The translations under genes and the position numbers were made by a program. The notes under the pieces are model-generated. The model saw only the letters and a program-made list of their open reading frames with translations. It made no database searches and had not been told where the DNA came from. Of a DNA stretch of 64,000 bases, positions 1 through 10,966 are shown piece after piece. The stretch comes from an uncultured Gammaproteobacteria bacterium (GTDB lineage Bacteria; Patescibacteriota; Microgenomatia; Levybacterales; UBA12049). How positions within the stretch are numbered: the first letter of the stretch is position 1; every line of letters starts with the position of its first letter. Where the stretch lies: contig CAZWMJ010000001.1 in assembly GCA_964635045.1 (NCBI GenBank), forward strand, positions 21,234 to 85,233, given 5' to 3'.

Positions 1-892
1 CTTTCAACTCTTGGTCAGCAACGTCCACATCATATAAAAATCCAAAATTTTCCAGCGGTTGTTTTTCCAATGTTTCCACCTCTATTTTTTCTTCCGTTTT
101 TTCTATTACTTCTTCTCGTTTTGTTTTCTCTTTCAACACATCAAATCCCATCTGTGATGCCGCGCCAAAAATCACGGAGCGAATATCAAAGTCTTTTGAT
201 AAGGCGGTTATTTGCGGTACATGAAGAAACGGCAGACTCTTGCTCCATGAATGACTAATAAGTTCTTGAGAAAGTTTTTCGCCATCTTCGCCATCTAACA
301 GAATAATTCTGGATGGCAGAACTTCATAGTTTATAAAATGATGAAGAAGTCTGTCAGTTGTTTTAGAGAGTGAATCTTGAAGTTTTGCGCCTCTGCTTTC
401 CATAATTCTACCGGCTCTAATAATTGATAATGAAATGTTTTCTCTGCCTGTTTCAATAAGAATAGCCGAAACAGGCGCTCCTTCTTCTTTTTCCAGTAGA
501 TTTGCCACCGCCTCGGTTATTACCAAAAATCCCACCGGAACAAGACCAAAATCGTCGCTTATTCTTTTCAGTTTTGTGAGATACTCTTTTTTAATGCGAG
601 TGTCTGTAACCCAAGTTTCTTTCAGTCCGAAGATAGTTTTTTGCACCTCAATATTTTGAGGAAGATTGTTTTCTGCGGTTGAAATCGCTCTATCTAAAAC
701 TTCAAGCAGTTCATCTAAAGACACTTCCTCAATTGTTTGACTGAACTGTTTTTCATGGCGTCCAATAATTTGGATTTTTCCTAACAGTTCTTCAAAAATA
801 ACAGCGGTGACTTTTTCATTTCGCAGGATCAAAGCTAAAAAAAGTTGCGGTTTCCCTTTTTTGCTAAATGATAATGAAAAAGGTAATTTCAT
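1..892 (-). CDS. hypothetical protein, partial (C-terminus lies beyond the window start)
   Basis: Reverse-strand ATG at 892..890 opens a frame that stays open to base 1 (MKLPFSLSFSKKGKPQLFLALILRNEKVTAVIFEELLGK...). It is missing from the ORF track only because it has no stop inside the window. Same strand as alaS and 2 nt from its stop. No diagnostic motif recognised. Confidence 0.55.
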   Translation of the reverse strand, partial: MKLPFSLSFSKKGKPQLFLALILRNEKVTAVIFEELLGKIQIIGRHEKQFSQTIEEVSLDELLEVLDRAISTAENNLPQNIEVQKTIFGLKETWVTDTRIKKEYLTKLKRISDDFGLVPVGFLVITEAVANLLEKEEGAPVSAILIETGRENISLSIIRAGRIMESRGAKLQDSLSKTTDRLLHHFINYEVLPSRIILLDGEDGEKLSQELISHSWSKSLPFLHVPQITALSKDFDIRSVIFGAASQMGFDVLKEKTKREEVIEKTEEKIEVETLEKQPLENFGFLYDVDVADQELK

Positions 893-894
893 AA

Positions 895-2685
895 TTAGCC
901 TACGATAGCGTAGATTCTTCTTTGTTTATTTCCAATATTTTCCTGCTTGATTATTTTAACCTTTTTTATCCTGCCTGTAAAATCCACGTGCGGTCCGCCG
1001 CAGAACTCGACTGAATAATTACCAACAAAATATACTTTTACTTTGTCGCTATATTTTTCATCAAAGAGTCCAATGGCGCCGATTTTTTTTGCTTTATCAA
1101 GGGGCAGAATTTCAAAATGGACCGGAAGATTATCTGCTATTTTTTCATTGACAATTTGTTCAATTTTTTTTATTTCCTCATCTGTTAATTTTTTATCATA
1201 ATTAAAATCAAAACGTATTCTTTCGGTTGTAATATTTGAACCTGTTTGGTGAACACTTGTTCCTAAAACGTCTCTTATTGTCTGATGAAGCAGATGAGTA
1301 GCCGTGTGTCCCATGATGGTTTTTTCACTATGGTCAGCCAGCCCCCCTTTGAATTTTTTGGCAGCGCCAGTTCTGGAAATTGCCTGATGCTCTTTCATTT
1401 TGTCCACAAATTTTCTGTCGTTGAAAGTATAGCCTAGGCTTTTAATTTGAGCGGGGGAAAGGCCATGGCTTGTATAAAGCTCAAAGGCATCATCGGCGGA
1501 AATTTCTGTTATTCCCATAAGTTCGCTGCCTTTAGCGTACTTTTTTCCGATGAACTGTTTTGCCTGCGTTAGTGTCTGTTTATAGTTTTGGGCTTCTTCA
1601 AGAATAACTCCCTTAACATGTTCAAATTTTTCAACCAAAATTGAGTCTGTCTGTTTGTATTGTTCAATTATCGCTTCTAATATCGGTGTTAACTCTTTAC
1701 CTCCAAGCTGTTCAAAATTATCCAAGGCCCGTCTTATCAGCCGGCGTAATATATACCCTTGTTCTTTATTGGATGGCATGATGTTTGTCGCCGAAATAAA
1801 AACAGAGGCAGTCAGGTGGTCGGCGATAATTCTCATTGGACGTGGTTTTTCTTGATAGCTTTTGTTTGTTTGTAGTTCAACAATTCGAATTATTGAACCA
1901 AAGAGAGTTGTTTGAAAAACATCTGGTTGATTTTCCACTGTCGCCAACAGCCGTTCCAATCCTCCGCCAAAATCCACATTTTTCTGGGAAAGCTGTTCAA
2001 ATCCTTTGTCGGTTTTTCTATATTGCATAAAAACCGAGTTGCCGATTTCCAAAAATCTGCCGCAGTCGCAATTGGGATGACACTCTTTTCCAAATTTTGG
2101 ATTATGGTTGATATCAAATTGATAGAAAACTTCCGAAGCTGCCCCGCCGGGTTCGCCGGCTGGCATATTTTCAGGAATGCCTGCTCGCGACCACCAGTTT
2201 TTGTCGTTGCCGTAGAAAAAAATACGACCGTTGTGGTCAATGCCGGCCTTTGTAAAAATTTCTTTCCAGATTTGCTCCGACTCGTTGTCGCGCGGGATGC
2301 CGTTTACTCCTTCATAAATGCTAACATAGAGTTTTTTGGGGGGAAGGTTTAGTTCTTTTGTGAGAAATTCAAAAAACCAGGGGAGCTGTTCTTTTTTAAA
2401 ATACCCGCCCAAACTCCAATTGCCCAGCATGCGGAAAAAGGTGGTATGACGATTATCTCCCACTTCATCAATGTCTTGAGCGCGAAAGCAGTTTTGCACG
2501 TTAACCAGCCGTTTGCCTTGCGGATGTGATTCGCCAAGAAGATAAGGCACAAGTGGCTGCATGCCGGAACTGGTAAAAAGAGTGGTGGGGTCGTTTTGCG
2601 GCACAAGCGGACTATTGGCAATTCTCTGATGTCCCCGTTTTTCAAAAAAAGAGATATATTTTTCTATAATTTTATTTGCCGTCAT
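895..2685 (-). CDS. alaS: alanine--tRNA ligase, short form (596 aa, no C-Ala domain)
   Basis: N-terminus MTANKIIEKYISFFEKRGHQRIANSPLVPQNDPTTLFTSSGMQPLVPYLLG is typical of class II AlaRS. Editing-domain zinc motifs HTATHLLH and CGGPHV are present. The ORF ends soon after the editing domain. Confidence 0.93.
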   Translation of the reverse strand: MTANKIIEKYISFFEKRGHQRIANSPLVPQNDPTTLFTSSGMQPLVPYLLGESHPQGKRLVNVQNCFRAQDIDEVGDNRHTTFFRMLGNWSLGGYFKKEQLPWFFEFLTKELNLPPKKLYVSIYEGVNGIPRDNESEQIWKEIFTKAGIDHNGRIFFYGNDKNWWSRAGIPENMPAGEPGGAASEVFYQFDINHNPKFGKECHPNCDCGRFLEIGNSVFMQYRKTDKGFEQLSQKNVDFGGGLERLLATVENQPDVFQTTLFGSIIRIVELQTNKSYQEKPRPMRIIADHLTASVFISATNIMPSNKEQGYILRRLIRRALDNFEQLGGKELTPILEAIIEQYKQTDSILVEKFEHVKGVILEEAQNYKQTLTQAKQFIGKKYAKGSELMGITEISADDAFELYTSHGLSPAQIKSLGYTFNDRKFVDKMKEHQAISRTGAAKKFKGGLADHSEKTIMGHTATHLLHQTIRDVLGTSVHQTGSNITTERIRFDFNYDKKLTDEEIKKIEQIVNEKIADNLPVHFEILPLDKAKKIGAIGLFDEKYSDKVKVYFVGNYSVEFCGGPHVDFTGRIKKVKIIKQENIGNKQRRIYAIVG

Positions 2686-2862
2686 AGCTTGATTCTATCA
2701 TGATGGCAAACCATGAGCAAGACCGCTTTCTTTACTATAGGTTATTGACATGAGGAGGTTGTGTATGATATACCAATCTCACTCAAAGAAAATAATAGGT
2801 TGATAAAGGGTAAGTTACCTGTGATTTTTTTGTTGTATAAAACCTACTGAATTTATTGTCAA

Positions 2863-5800
2863 ATGCAAAAAAACGATAAGGATGGCATTATTAGGCAAAA
2901 TTGGGGAAGAACTTATTCCACATTGCCAAAATTAGATCTTTTATTAATACAGAAGAATTCTTATAAGTGGTTTCAGGAAGTTGCCATTGGTGAAATTTTA
3001 CAGGAAATTTCGCCGATAGTTGATTTTACAGAGAAAAATTGGAGTTTGACGTTAGATAGTTATCGTTTTGGCAAACCATCTACAAATCCCAATACTGCTT
3101 TAATCAAAGGTCTTACATTTGATTCTCCTTTGTTTGTCACCACAACATTGACAAATAAAAAAACCGGAAAAACCCAGAAAACAGAAGTTTTTTTGGGTGA
3201 TATTCCGCAAATGACGGACAGAGGCACATTTATTATTAATGGGATTGAAAGAGCGGTTGTTAATCAACTGGTTCGATCGCCCGGAGTATTCTTTATAGCT
3301 TCGCAAGATCCTGTCACCGGTAAAACATTATTCAACGCGGAAATAAGACCGGTTCACGGTTCCTGGCTTGAGTTTTTGACAACAAGACATGGGACAGTGA
3401 CGGTAAAAATTGACAGAAGAAGAAAGTTTTTGGTAACAACATTTCTTAGAGCTCTTGGTCTTTCTACCAATGAGCAAATAAAAGAAAAATTCAAACAGAC
3501 AGAAACAGACGATAATGAATCTTATATTGATGCCACTCTTAAGAAAGACGAAATACAAAATGAGACAGACGCTCTTATTGAAATTTTTAAAAAGATGCAT
3601 CCGGGAGAACCCATCGTGGTGGAAAAAGTTAGAGAAAATTTCCAAAGTCTTTTCTTTAACAACAGAAGATATGATTTAGGCGATGTCGGCAGATACAAAA
3701 TTAACAAAAAACTCGCAGAAATACCGGAGTTTTTTGCATCGGAGAAAAGGGTGTTGACAATAGAGGATATTATTTCAACGATAGGTTATCTATTGAGACT
3801 TGCCCATGGTCATGGGGGTATTGATGATATAGACAGTCTTGCTAATAGAAGGGTAAGAAGTGTGGGAGAGTTGGTGGCGACAACTGCTTTTAGGGTAGGC
3901 GTACTTCGTCTTGAACGAAGTGTAAAAGAAAGGATGAGTCTTATTCAGCCGGATGTGCCGGTATCTGTGGCGGGTCTTATCAATGCCAGACCAATTGTAG
4001 CTTCAATAAATGAATTTTTTAGAACATCTCAATTATCAACAATTTTGGATCAAACAAATCCTTTATCTGAAATTGATAATCTTAATCGCTTGACGGTCAT
4101 GGGAACGGGAGGGATATCAAGGGAGCGCGCCGCTTTCTCAATAAGGGATATCAATAGTTCACAGTATGGGAGAGTTTGTCCCATTAGATCTCCGGAGGGA
4201 CCAAATATTGGTTTAGTTACATATATGGCTTTGTATTGCCGCATTAATAAACATGGTTTTTTAGAAACTCCTTACCGAAAAGTGGCAACTAGAAAAAATG
4301 GCAAGAAACAGGAAATTTTTGCAACCGAGGAAATTGTTTATCTGGATCCGGAAGAAGAAAAAAAACATTATATTACTCACGCGATGGTTCTTTCAGAAAA
4401 GGATGTTATTGAAGAAGAGCGAGTGCCGGCCCGTTTTGAAGGAGAGTTTTTAGAGGCTGTAAAAGAAAAAATTGAATATGTAGACGTGGTTCCCCGTCAG
4501 GTGGTGGGAAGCGCGGCTTCTCTTATTCCATTTGTTGCTCATGATGAAGCCAATCGGGCTTTGATGGGTACTCATATGCAGTGTCAGGCAGTCCCGTTGG
4601 TAAAACCGGAGAGTCCGGTTGTTGGTACCGGTATGGAAGACAGCATTGCGCAGGTTATGGGTAGAGTTGTGCCAGCCCCGCTTAATGGGAAAATATCATT
4701 TGTTGATTCGAAAACTTTAGAATTTAAGGGTCAAGACAAAAAAAATATCACCTTTCCAATAGAATCTTTTAAGAGAACTTCTCAAGCAACGTGTTATACA
4801 CAAAAACCAATTGTGAAAATGGGTCAAAAAGTAAATAAAGGAGATATTCTTATTGATGGACCAGCGGCCAATGGCGGAGAACTTGCTTTGGGTCAGAATT
4901 TGCTTATTGCTTATACCTCTTTAGACGGATTAGGATACGAGGATGCAATAGTCATTTCAGATAGATTAGTTAAGCAGGATACTCTTTCCTCTATTCATAT
5001 TGAAAAATATGAGGCGTCGGTTGTTGAGACAAAACTGGGTCCTGAAGAAACCACCCGTGATATTCCAAATGTTGCGGAAGAGGATTTAGCGCATTTGGAT
5101 GAAGACGGTATTGTGGTTATTGGCAGCGAGGTTGAACCGGGAGATATTCTTGTTGGTAAGATTGCTCCTAAAGGAGAAACAGAGTTGACGGCAGAAGAGC
5201 GTCTTCTTAGAGCAATTTTTGGCGAACAGGCAAGAGAAGTTCGTGATACCAGTCTTCGTATGCCTCATGGAGAGAGGGGAACGATAATAAACGTGCAAAT
5301 TCTTGATAGAAAACATGGAGACGAGTTAGATCCCGGTACCATTCGTAAGATAATCGTTGAAGTGGCGCAATTTCGCCACGTTGTGGTAGGAGATAAATTA
5401 GCCGGAAGACATGGCAATAAAGGAGTTATTTCGAAAATACTGCCGGAGGCAGACATGCCGCATATGGCTGATGGAACAGTGATTGATATTGTTATTTCTC
5501 CAATTTCGGTTTTGGCCCGCATGAATTTGGGCCAGCTTCTGGAAGCCCATCTTGGTTGGGCTTGTCAGAAATTGGGGATGAAGGTGGCAGCGCCTGTTTT
5601 TGAAAATATCAAAGAAGAAAAAATTATCGAACTTTTGAAAAAAAGCGGTTTACCAACAGATGGAAAAGCCGTTCTTTTTGATGGAAGGACAGGAAAAGCC
5701 TTTGAAAATCCTGTGGTGGTGGGAACGGAGTACATCATGAAACTTATTCATATGGTTGAGGATAAAACTCATGCCCGCTCAACCGGTCCATATTCATTGG

Positions 5801-6231
5801 TGACACAACAGCCTTTAGGCGGGAAAGCCCAGATGGGAGGACAGAGGCTTGGAGAAATGGAAGTTTGGGCGCTGGAGGCGCATAGAGCCAGATATACATT
5901 GCAAGAGATGCTGACAATAAAATCGGATGATGTAGTAGGCCGGGCAAAAGCGTTTGAAGCAATTGTTAAGGGAACCGATATTCCAACTCCCAAGGTTCCG
6001 GAATCTTTCAAAGTGCTTATTAAAGAACTTCAAGCCTTGGCCCTCAATGTTGTGCCGGTTGAGGCAACATTTGAGCCCGGCCCAAACGAGTTACGGATAG
6101 AGGAGAAAGCGGAAGAAAAGATTGAAATACAAGCAAAAGAATTGGCAAAAACTTTAGGAGGAGAGGAAGTCGCATTGGAGCAAGTTTTAACTCAGAATAT
6201 CGAACAAACGGAGGAATCAAATGGACAATAA
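2863..6231 (+). CDS. rpoB: DNA-directed RNA polymerase subunit beta
   Basis: 1122-aa ORF with conserved beta blocks (GTFIINGIERAVVNQLVRSPGVFF, NMGQLLEAHLGWA, GGKAQMGGQRLGEMEVWALEAH). Overlaps rpoC by 11 nt. Confidence 0.98.
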   Translation: MQKNDKDGIIRQNWGRTYSTLPKLDLLLIQKNSYKWFQEVAIGEILQEISPIVDFTEKNWSLTLDSYRFGKPSTNPNTALIKGLTFDSPLFVTTTLTNKKTGKTQKTEVFLGDIPQMTDRGTFIINGIERAVVNQLVRSPGVFFIASQDPVTGKTLFNAEIRPVHGSWLEFLTTRHGTVTVKIDRRRKFLVTTFLRALGLSTNEQIKEKFKQTETDDNESYIDATLKKDEIQNETDALIEIFKKMHPGEPIVVEKVRENFQSLFFNNRRYDLGDVGRYKINKKLAEIPEFFASEKRVLTIEDIISTIGYLLRLAHGHGGIDDIDSLANRRVRSVGELVATTAFRVGVLRLERSVKERMSLIQPDVPVSVAGLINARPIVASINEFFRTSQLSTILDQTNPLSEIDNLNRLTVMGTGGISRERAAFSIRDINSSQYGRVCPIRSPEGPNIGLVTYMALYCRINKHGFLETPYRKVATRKNGKKQEIFATEEIVYLDPEEEKKHYITHAMVLSEKDVIEEERVPARFEGEFLEAVKEKIEYVDVVPRQVVGSAASLIPFVAHDEANRALMGTHMQCQAVPLVKPESPVVGTGMEDSIAQVMGRVVPAPLNGKISFVDSKTLEFKGQDKKNITFPIESFKRTSQATCYTQKPIVKMGQKVNKGDILIDGPAANGGELALGQNLLIAYTSLDGLGYEDAIVISDRLVKQDTLSSIHIEKYEASVVETKLGPEETTRDIPNVAEEDLAHLDEDGIVVIGSEVEPGDILVGKIAPKGETELTAEERLLRAIFGEQAREVRDTSLRMPHGERGTIINVQILDRKHGDELDPGTIRKIIVEVAQFRHVVVGDKLAGRHGNKGVISKILPEADMPHMADGTVIDIVISPISVLARMNLGQLLEAHLGWACQKLGMKVAAPVFENIKEEKIIELLKKSGLPTDGKAVLFDGRTGKAFENPVVVGTEYIMKLIHMVEDKTHARSTGPYSLVTQQPLGGKAQMGGQRLGEMEVWALEAHRARYTLQEMLTIKSDDVVGRAKAFEAIVKGTDIPTPKVPESFKVLIKELQALALNVVPVEATFEPGPNELRIEEKAEEKIEIQAKELAKTLGGEEVALEQVLTQNIEQTEESNGQ

Positions 6232-9200
6232 AAAACTTAAAGATCCAACAATTTTAGATTTTAGATCGCTTAAAATAATGCTGGCCAAGAAAGAGGATAT
6301 TATTGCTTGGTCGTATGGCGAAGTGATAAAGCCGGAAACTATTAATTATAGAACGCTTCGTCCGGAAAAAGACGGACTTTTTGATGAGAGAATTTTTGGA
6401 CCTACAAAAGACTGGGAATGTTATTGCGGAAAATATAAAAGAATACGATATCGAGGAATTGTTTGTGATAAATGCGGTGTTGAAGTAACGCTCTCAAGAG
6501 TTAGAAGAGAACGAATGGGCCATATCACTCTTGCTACCCCCATCGCTCACGTTTGGTTTTTTAAGGGCGCTTCCTCTTCCTTGTCGCTGGCTTTGGATAT
6601 GTCGCAAAAAAGTCTTGAGTCGGTAATATATTACGCATCGTATTTGGTAATACGGATTGATGAAGAAAAGAAAAAACACGCTTTTGATGTATTTAAGAAA
6701 AATATTGATAAAAGAAGAGAGTTGCAAGAGGAAGAAAAAAAGCAAGCGATAGAGAAAATAGAAGATGAGATAAAAGATCGTAGAAAGAATCTAAAAGAAC
6801 GAGGCAGCAAAAAAGAACAAAAGGCTTTAATAGAAGAAGAGTTGGATTTAATGAGACGACAGCAATTAGTAAGAATTAATGAGCGTTTCAACTCCGAGGC
6901 TTTGAAACTTAACGATATTGAACAAGCGCTGGTAAAACTGGTAAAAAGTCTTAAGGTGGGAACCGTACTTTCCGAGGATGAGTACTTCAAGCTTTTGGAG
7001 TATGAAATACCGATATTTTTTGATGTGGGCACCGGTTCGGAAGCAATGCTTAATCTTCTTGAAAAAATTGATATATCAAATTTAATTGTTTCTCTTCGAA
7101 GTGAAGCGGAAAAAGCAACCGGCGCTCGATATCTTAAAGTGATAAAAAGACTGCGTCTTCTTGAGGCGATGAAAAAGGCTGATATCTTAATCAATTCGCT
7201 TATTTTGACAGTTCTTCCGGTGATTCCACCCGATCTTCGTCCAATGGTTCAGTTAGCCGGCGGTCGTTTTGCAACTTCGGATTTAAACGATTTATATAGA
7301 AGAGTCATCAATCGTAATAACAGACTTAAACACCTGATGGTTTTGGGAGCTCCGGAAATAATTTTGCGAAACGAGAGAAGAATGCTGCAAGAAGCAGTAG
7401 ATTCACTTATCGATGCGTCGCAAAGAGGCAGCAGTACCGTAGTGTCGCCATTGCGTTCCCTTTCCGATATGTTGAGAGGCAAACAGGGAAGATTCCGTCA
7501 AAACTTATTGGGCAAGCGGGTGGATTACTCGGGGCGATCCGTCATAGTTGTCGGGCCCGAACTTTTACTTTCACAATGTGGATTGCCAAAAGAGATGGCC
7601 TTGGAGATGTTTAAGCCGTTTGTGCTGCGGGAGGTTATTGTTCGCGGTTTTGCCCCAAACATCAAATCCGCAAAACGATTTATTGAGAGAAGACCGGCGG
7701 AAGTATTTGATATTTTGGAGGAAATTACAGTTAATCACCCGGTTCTTCTCAATAGAGCTCCAACTTTGCACAAACTTGGTATTCAAGCATTTTACCCAAT
7801 TCTGATAGAAGGTTCTGCAATTAGATTACATCCCTGTGTCTGCGCAGGATATAATGCGGATTTTGACGGAGATCAGATGGCAGTACATATTCCTTTATCA
7901 AAAAAAGCGCAGGAAGAGGCAATTGATCTGATGATGCCAAGTCATAACTTGCTTAAGCCGGCAGATGGTAATCCAATTACTCTTCCTAATAAAGAGATGG
8001 CAGTGGGGGCGTATTTCCTAACCACCATTGAGGAATCTTTACGAAAAAAAGTTCTGCCTGTCTTTGTAGATAAAATGGAAGCGTTTCTGGCATTTGATTT
8101 AGATAAGATAAGACTTCGGGAACCGATTAACGTGAGGATAGAAAATAAGAATGTAGAAACGACAGTTGGAAGACTGATGTTTAACGAAAAGTTGCCGCCG
8201 GTAATTGGTTTTGTTAATAGATCAGTGAAAGCGTCTGATATCAAAAAAATTATTACAGATGCTATTGTTCAATGTTCAGAAGAGGAGGTGGCAGAACTGA
8301 TTGATAACATAAAATTCATTGGTTTTTATGGAGCGACAGTGTCCGGTATTTCCGTTTCTGTTTTTGATAACGAAATGGTTAAAGAAAAACATGTATTAAT
8401 AAACACCGCCGAGGAGAAAATTTCTATCATTGAAGATGAATATCAAAAAGGATTGATCACCTCGGATGAAAAGAAGCGTTTGTCAAACGAGGTATGGCTG
8501 AAAACCACGGATGCCATTGCGGATCTTACTTGGAATAATCTTAAGCCTACAAATGCCATAAGAACCATTATTGATTCGGAAGGAGCAAGAGCCGGTAAAG
8601 AACAACTGAAACAGTTGTCTGCGATGAGAGGACTTATTCTTGATCCCTTGGGGAAGATTGTTGAATTACCGATAAAATCCAACTTTAGAGAAGGTTTATC
8701 AATTTTTGAATATGTCGCTTCAGCGCGAGGTTCCAGAAAAGGTTTAACTGACTCCGCTCTTAAAACGGCAAACGCCGGATATCTCACTCGCCGTTTGGTT
8801 GACGTTTCTCATGATGCCATTATTATGATTGAAGATTGCGGTACAACCGAGGGTATTATTGTTGCGGAAAATGACAAGGAAAGAGTAACGCCATTTGCAC
8901 AAAGACTTGTTGGCAGGACGGCGCTAAAAAATATTGTTTCAAAAAAGACAAAAAAGACCATAGTTTCTGCCAATAAACAGATTTCAGATGAGAAAGCAAA
9001 AGTGATTGCGGACAGCGATATTCCGGAAGTTGCCGTGAGATCGCCTTTAACTTGTAAACTTACTTACGGAGTTTGCGCCTTATGTTATGGATGGGATTTA
9101 TCAACAAGACAAAAGGTTGTTAATGGCAGTCCTGTCGGTGTTGTTGCGGCTCAAAGTATTGGAGAACCGGGAACGCAGTTGACAATGAGAGTTAGACATT

Positions 9201-9931
9201 TTGGCGGAGTGGTCATGTCGGATGTAACACAGGGGTTGCCAAGAGTGGAAGAATTGTTTGAAATGCGCACTCCTAAAAATCTCTCTCCCATCTCCGAGAT
9301 TAGCGGTAAGGTAAAAGTTGAGACGACAGATGATGGGTATAGAATAAAGGTTAGATCCACCCGGATAAAACCAATTGAGGAGAGAGAATACTTTGTTCCT
9401 CTTTCTGCAACCTTGACTATTGATGATGGCGATGATGTTTCTGCCGCCACGCCGTTTGCTCAAGGATATCTTGATCCGAAAGACATATTGAAAATAGATG
9501 GTTTAGCATCTGCGCAGCGGTATATCATTAATGAAGCGCAGAAGGTATACGAATCGCAAGGAATCGTTATTTCCGATCAGCATTTTGAAGTGATTATTCG
9601 AAAAATGTCGGATAAGGTTATTGTTGAATCGGTTGGCGATACTTCTCTTTCTCCGGGTGATTTTATAACCAAAGCTAAATTTGCAGAGATTCAGAAAGAA
9701 ATATTGTCCCAAGGCGGAGAGCCCGCCACGGCAAGACAAATTATTCTTGGCATTACAAAAGCATCGCTTTTTTCAGATTCATGGTTATCTGCGGCATCAT
9801 TTCAGGAAACGACTAAGGTTTTGACTGAAGCGGCATTGGAAGGCAGAGAAGATAACCTGATAGGGTTAAAAGAAAATGTCATTATTGGAAGGCTTATTCC
9901 GGTTGAAGGAAGACTCCAAAGTGAGATATAA
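6221..9931 (+). CDS. rpoC: DNA-directed RNA polymerase subunit beta-prime
   Basis: 1236-aa ORF with an N-terminal zinc finger ([23 protein letters not shown]) and the catalytic [12 protein letters not shown] motif. Carries a Lys/Glu-rich insertion at about aa 140-330. Confidence 0.98.
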   Translation: MDNKKLKDPTILDFRSLKIMLAKKEDIIAWSYGEVIKPETINYRTLRPEKDGLFDERIFGPTKDWECYCGKYKRIRYRGIVCDKCGVEVTLSRVRRERMGHITLATPIAHVWFFKGASSSLSLALDMSQKSLESVIYYASYLVIRIDEEKKKHAFDVFKKNIDKRRELQEEEKKQAIEKIEDEIKDRRKNLKERGSKKEQKALIEEELDLMRRQQLVRINERFNSEALKLNDIEQALVKLVKSLKVGTVLSEDEYFKLLEYEIPIFFDVGTGSEAMLNLLEKIDISNLIVSLRSEAEKATGARYLKVIKRLRLLEAMKKADILINSLILTVLPVIPPDLRPMVQLAGGRFATSDLNDLYRRVINRNNRLKHLMVLGAPEIILRNERRMLQEAVDSLIDASQRGSSTVVSPLRSLSDMLRGKQGRFRQNLLGKRVDYSGRSVIVVGPELLLSQCGLPKEMALEMFKPFVLREVIVRGFAPNIKSAKRFIERRPAEVFDILEEITVNHPVLLNRAPTLHKLGIQAFYPILIEGSAIRLHPCVCAGYNADFDGDQMAVHIPLSKKAQEEAIDLMMPSHNLLKPADGNPITLPNKEMAVGAYFLTTIEESLRKKVLPVFVDKMEAFLAFDLDKIRLREPINVRIENKNVETTVGRLMFNEKLPPVIGFVNRSVKASDIKKIITDAIVQCSEEEVAELIDNIKFIGFYGATVSGISVSVFDNEMVKEKHVLINTAEEKISIIEDEYQKGLITSDEKKRLSNEVWLKTTDAIADLTWNNLKPTNAIRTIIDSEGARAGKEQLKQLSAMRGLILDPLGKIVELPIKSNFREGLSIFEYVASARGSRKGLTDSALKTANAGYLTRRLVDVSHDAIIMIEDCGTTEGIIVAENDKERVTPFAQRLVGRTALKNIVSKKTKKTIVSANKQISDEKAKVIADSDIPEVAVRSPLTCKLTYGVCALCYGWDLSTRQKVVNGSPVGVVAAQSIGEPGTQLTMRVRHFGGVVMSDVTQGLPRVEELFEMRTPKNLSPISEISGKVKVETTDDGYRIKVRSTRIKPIEEREYFVPLSATLTIDDGDDVSAATPFAQGYLDPKDILKIDGLASAQRYIINEAQKVYESQGIVISDQHFEVIIRKMSDKVIVESVGDTSLSPGDFITKAKFAEIQKEILSQGGEPATARQIILGITKASLFSDSWLSAASFQETTKVLTEAALEGREDNLIGLKENVIIGRLIPVEGRLQSEI

Positions 9932-9942
9932 TTAAACGCGCT

Positions 9943-10428
9943 ATGCCAACTTTATCACAACTTGCAAAAAGAGGAAGAAAAAAGAAAGGGAAAAAGACCC
10001 GTTCTACTGCCTTAACTCGTTTTTTTAATGCCAAAGAACGCGCCTATAAAAATATTTTCTCGCCGCAAAAGCGGGGAGTAGTCACTTTGGTTAAAACAAT
10101 GACGCCAAAGAAACCCAACTCGGCGCTTCGCAAAGTGGCGCGCGTGAAATTATCAAACAGAATGGAAGTTACAGCCTATATTCAAGGGGTTGGTCACTCA
10201 TTGGCGGAACACGGTATTGTTTTGGTGAGGGGCGGACGGGTAAGAGATTTACCGGGAGTAAAATATCACATCGTTAGGGGAAAATTTGATCTTTTGGGAG
10301 TTGAAGGACGAAAGAGATCTCGCAGTAAATATGGGACGAAAAGCGGCGGAATGGGCCCAAGAGTTGTAACAGGAGTAGCTGAGAAAACTCCGGTGGCCGC
10401 TATTCCTTCCGCCCAACCGGCGGCATAA
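9943..10428 (+). CDS. rpsL: 30S ribosomal protein S12 (with N-proximal insertion and C-terminal tail)
   Basis: [25 protein letters not shown] and [17 protein letters not shown] blocks. 161 aa, against the roughly 124 aa usual for S12. Confidence 0.97.
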   Translation: MPTLSQLAKRGRKKKGKKTRSTALTRFFNAKERAYKNIFSPQKRGVVTLVKTMTPKKPNSALRKVARVKLSNRMEVTAYIQGVGHSLAEHGIVLVRGGRVRDLPGVKYHIVRGKFDLLGVEGRKRSRSKYGTKSGGMGPRVVTGVAEKTPVAAIPSAQPAA

Positions 10429-10441
10429 AACAACTTATTTT

Positions 10442-10915
10442 ATGAGACATAAAAAAGCAGACAAAAGAGAAACGGAACCGGACAAAATATATCAGAATAA
10501 ATTGGTGGCAAAGTTTATTAACCGCCTAATGAGAGATGGTAAAAAAACTGTGGCAGAAAATTTAGTGTATCAAGCATTTGATCTGATTAAACAAAAGAAA
10601 GAAGATCCTCTTTTGGTTTTTGAGAAGGCGATACAAAATATTGGTCCAAGACAGGAAGTTCGACCAAGAAGAGTGGGAGGCGCTTCCTATCAGGTGCCGC
10701 AAGAAGTGAGAGGAGAAAGAAAAATATCTTTGGCTATTCGTTGGTTGGTTGAAGCCGCAACTGCCAGATCCAGCAAAGAATATCATACTTTCTCAGAAAA
10801 ACTGGCCGGCGAACTTTTAGACGCCAGTTTGAATCAGGGTTCGGCCATTAAAAAGCGCGACACGGTTCACCGCATGGCAGAGGCCAATCGGGCCTTCGCC
10901 CACTTCAGATGGTAA
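10442..10915 (+). CDS. rpsG: 30S ribosomal protein S7
   Basis: 157 aa with the PDKIYQNKLVAKFINRLMRDGKKTVAE and VRPRRVGGASYQVP blocks. Canonical position after rpsL. Confidence 0.97.
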   Translation: MRHKKADKRETEPDKIYQNKLVAKFINRLMRDGKKTVAENLVYQAFDLIKQKKEDPLLVFEKAIQNIGPRQEVRPRRVGGASYQVPQEVRGERKISLAIRWLVEAATARSSKEYHTFSEKLAGELLDASLNQGSAIKKRDTVHRMAEANRAFAHFRW

Positions 10916-10924
10916 ATGTTTTAA

Positions 10925-10953
10925 TTGATTTAACAATCAATTTCCGCTATAAT
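10925..10953 (+). promoter_or_regulatory. sigma70-type promoter TTGATT-17-TATAAT overlapped by an 8+4+8 palindrome
   Basis: TTGATT at 10925-10930, a 17-nt spacer, TATAAT at 10948-10953. The palindrome AATTGATT-TAAC-AATCAATT spans 10923-10942. The ATG of the next ORF lies 13 nt after the -10 element. Confidence 0.6.
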
Positions 10954-10966
10954 CCTCTATCTAGCC

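Noticed and set aside
2743-2771. rpoB promoter (TTGACA at 2743-2748)
   Set aside because: It has a perfect -35 box, but the sequence at 16-18 nt spacing (GATATA/ATATAC) is a poor -10 and other candidates are no better. It is not reported as a feature.
6631-7194. 187-aa reverse-strand ORF inside rpoC
   Set aside because: It lies antisense to the Lys/Glu-rich insertion of beta-prime. Its Ser/Phe/Leu-rich low-complexity product is the mirror image of AAG/GAA-rich coding DNA, so it is a shadow ORF.
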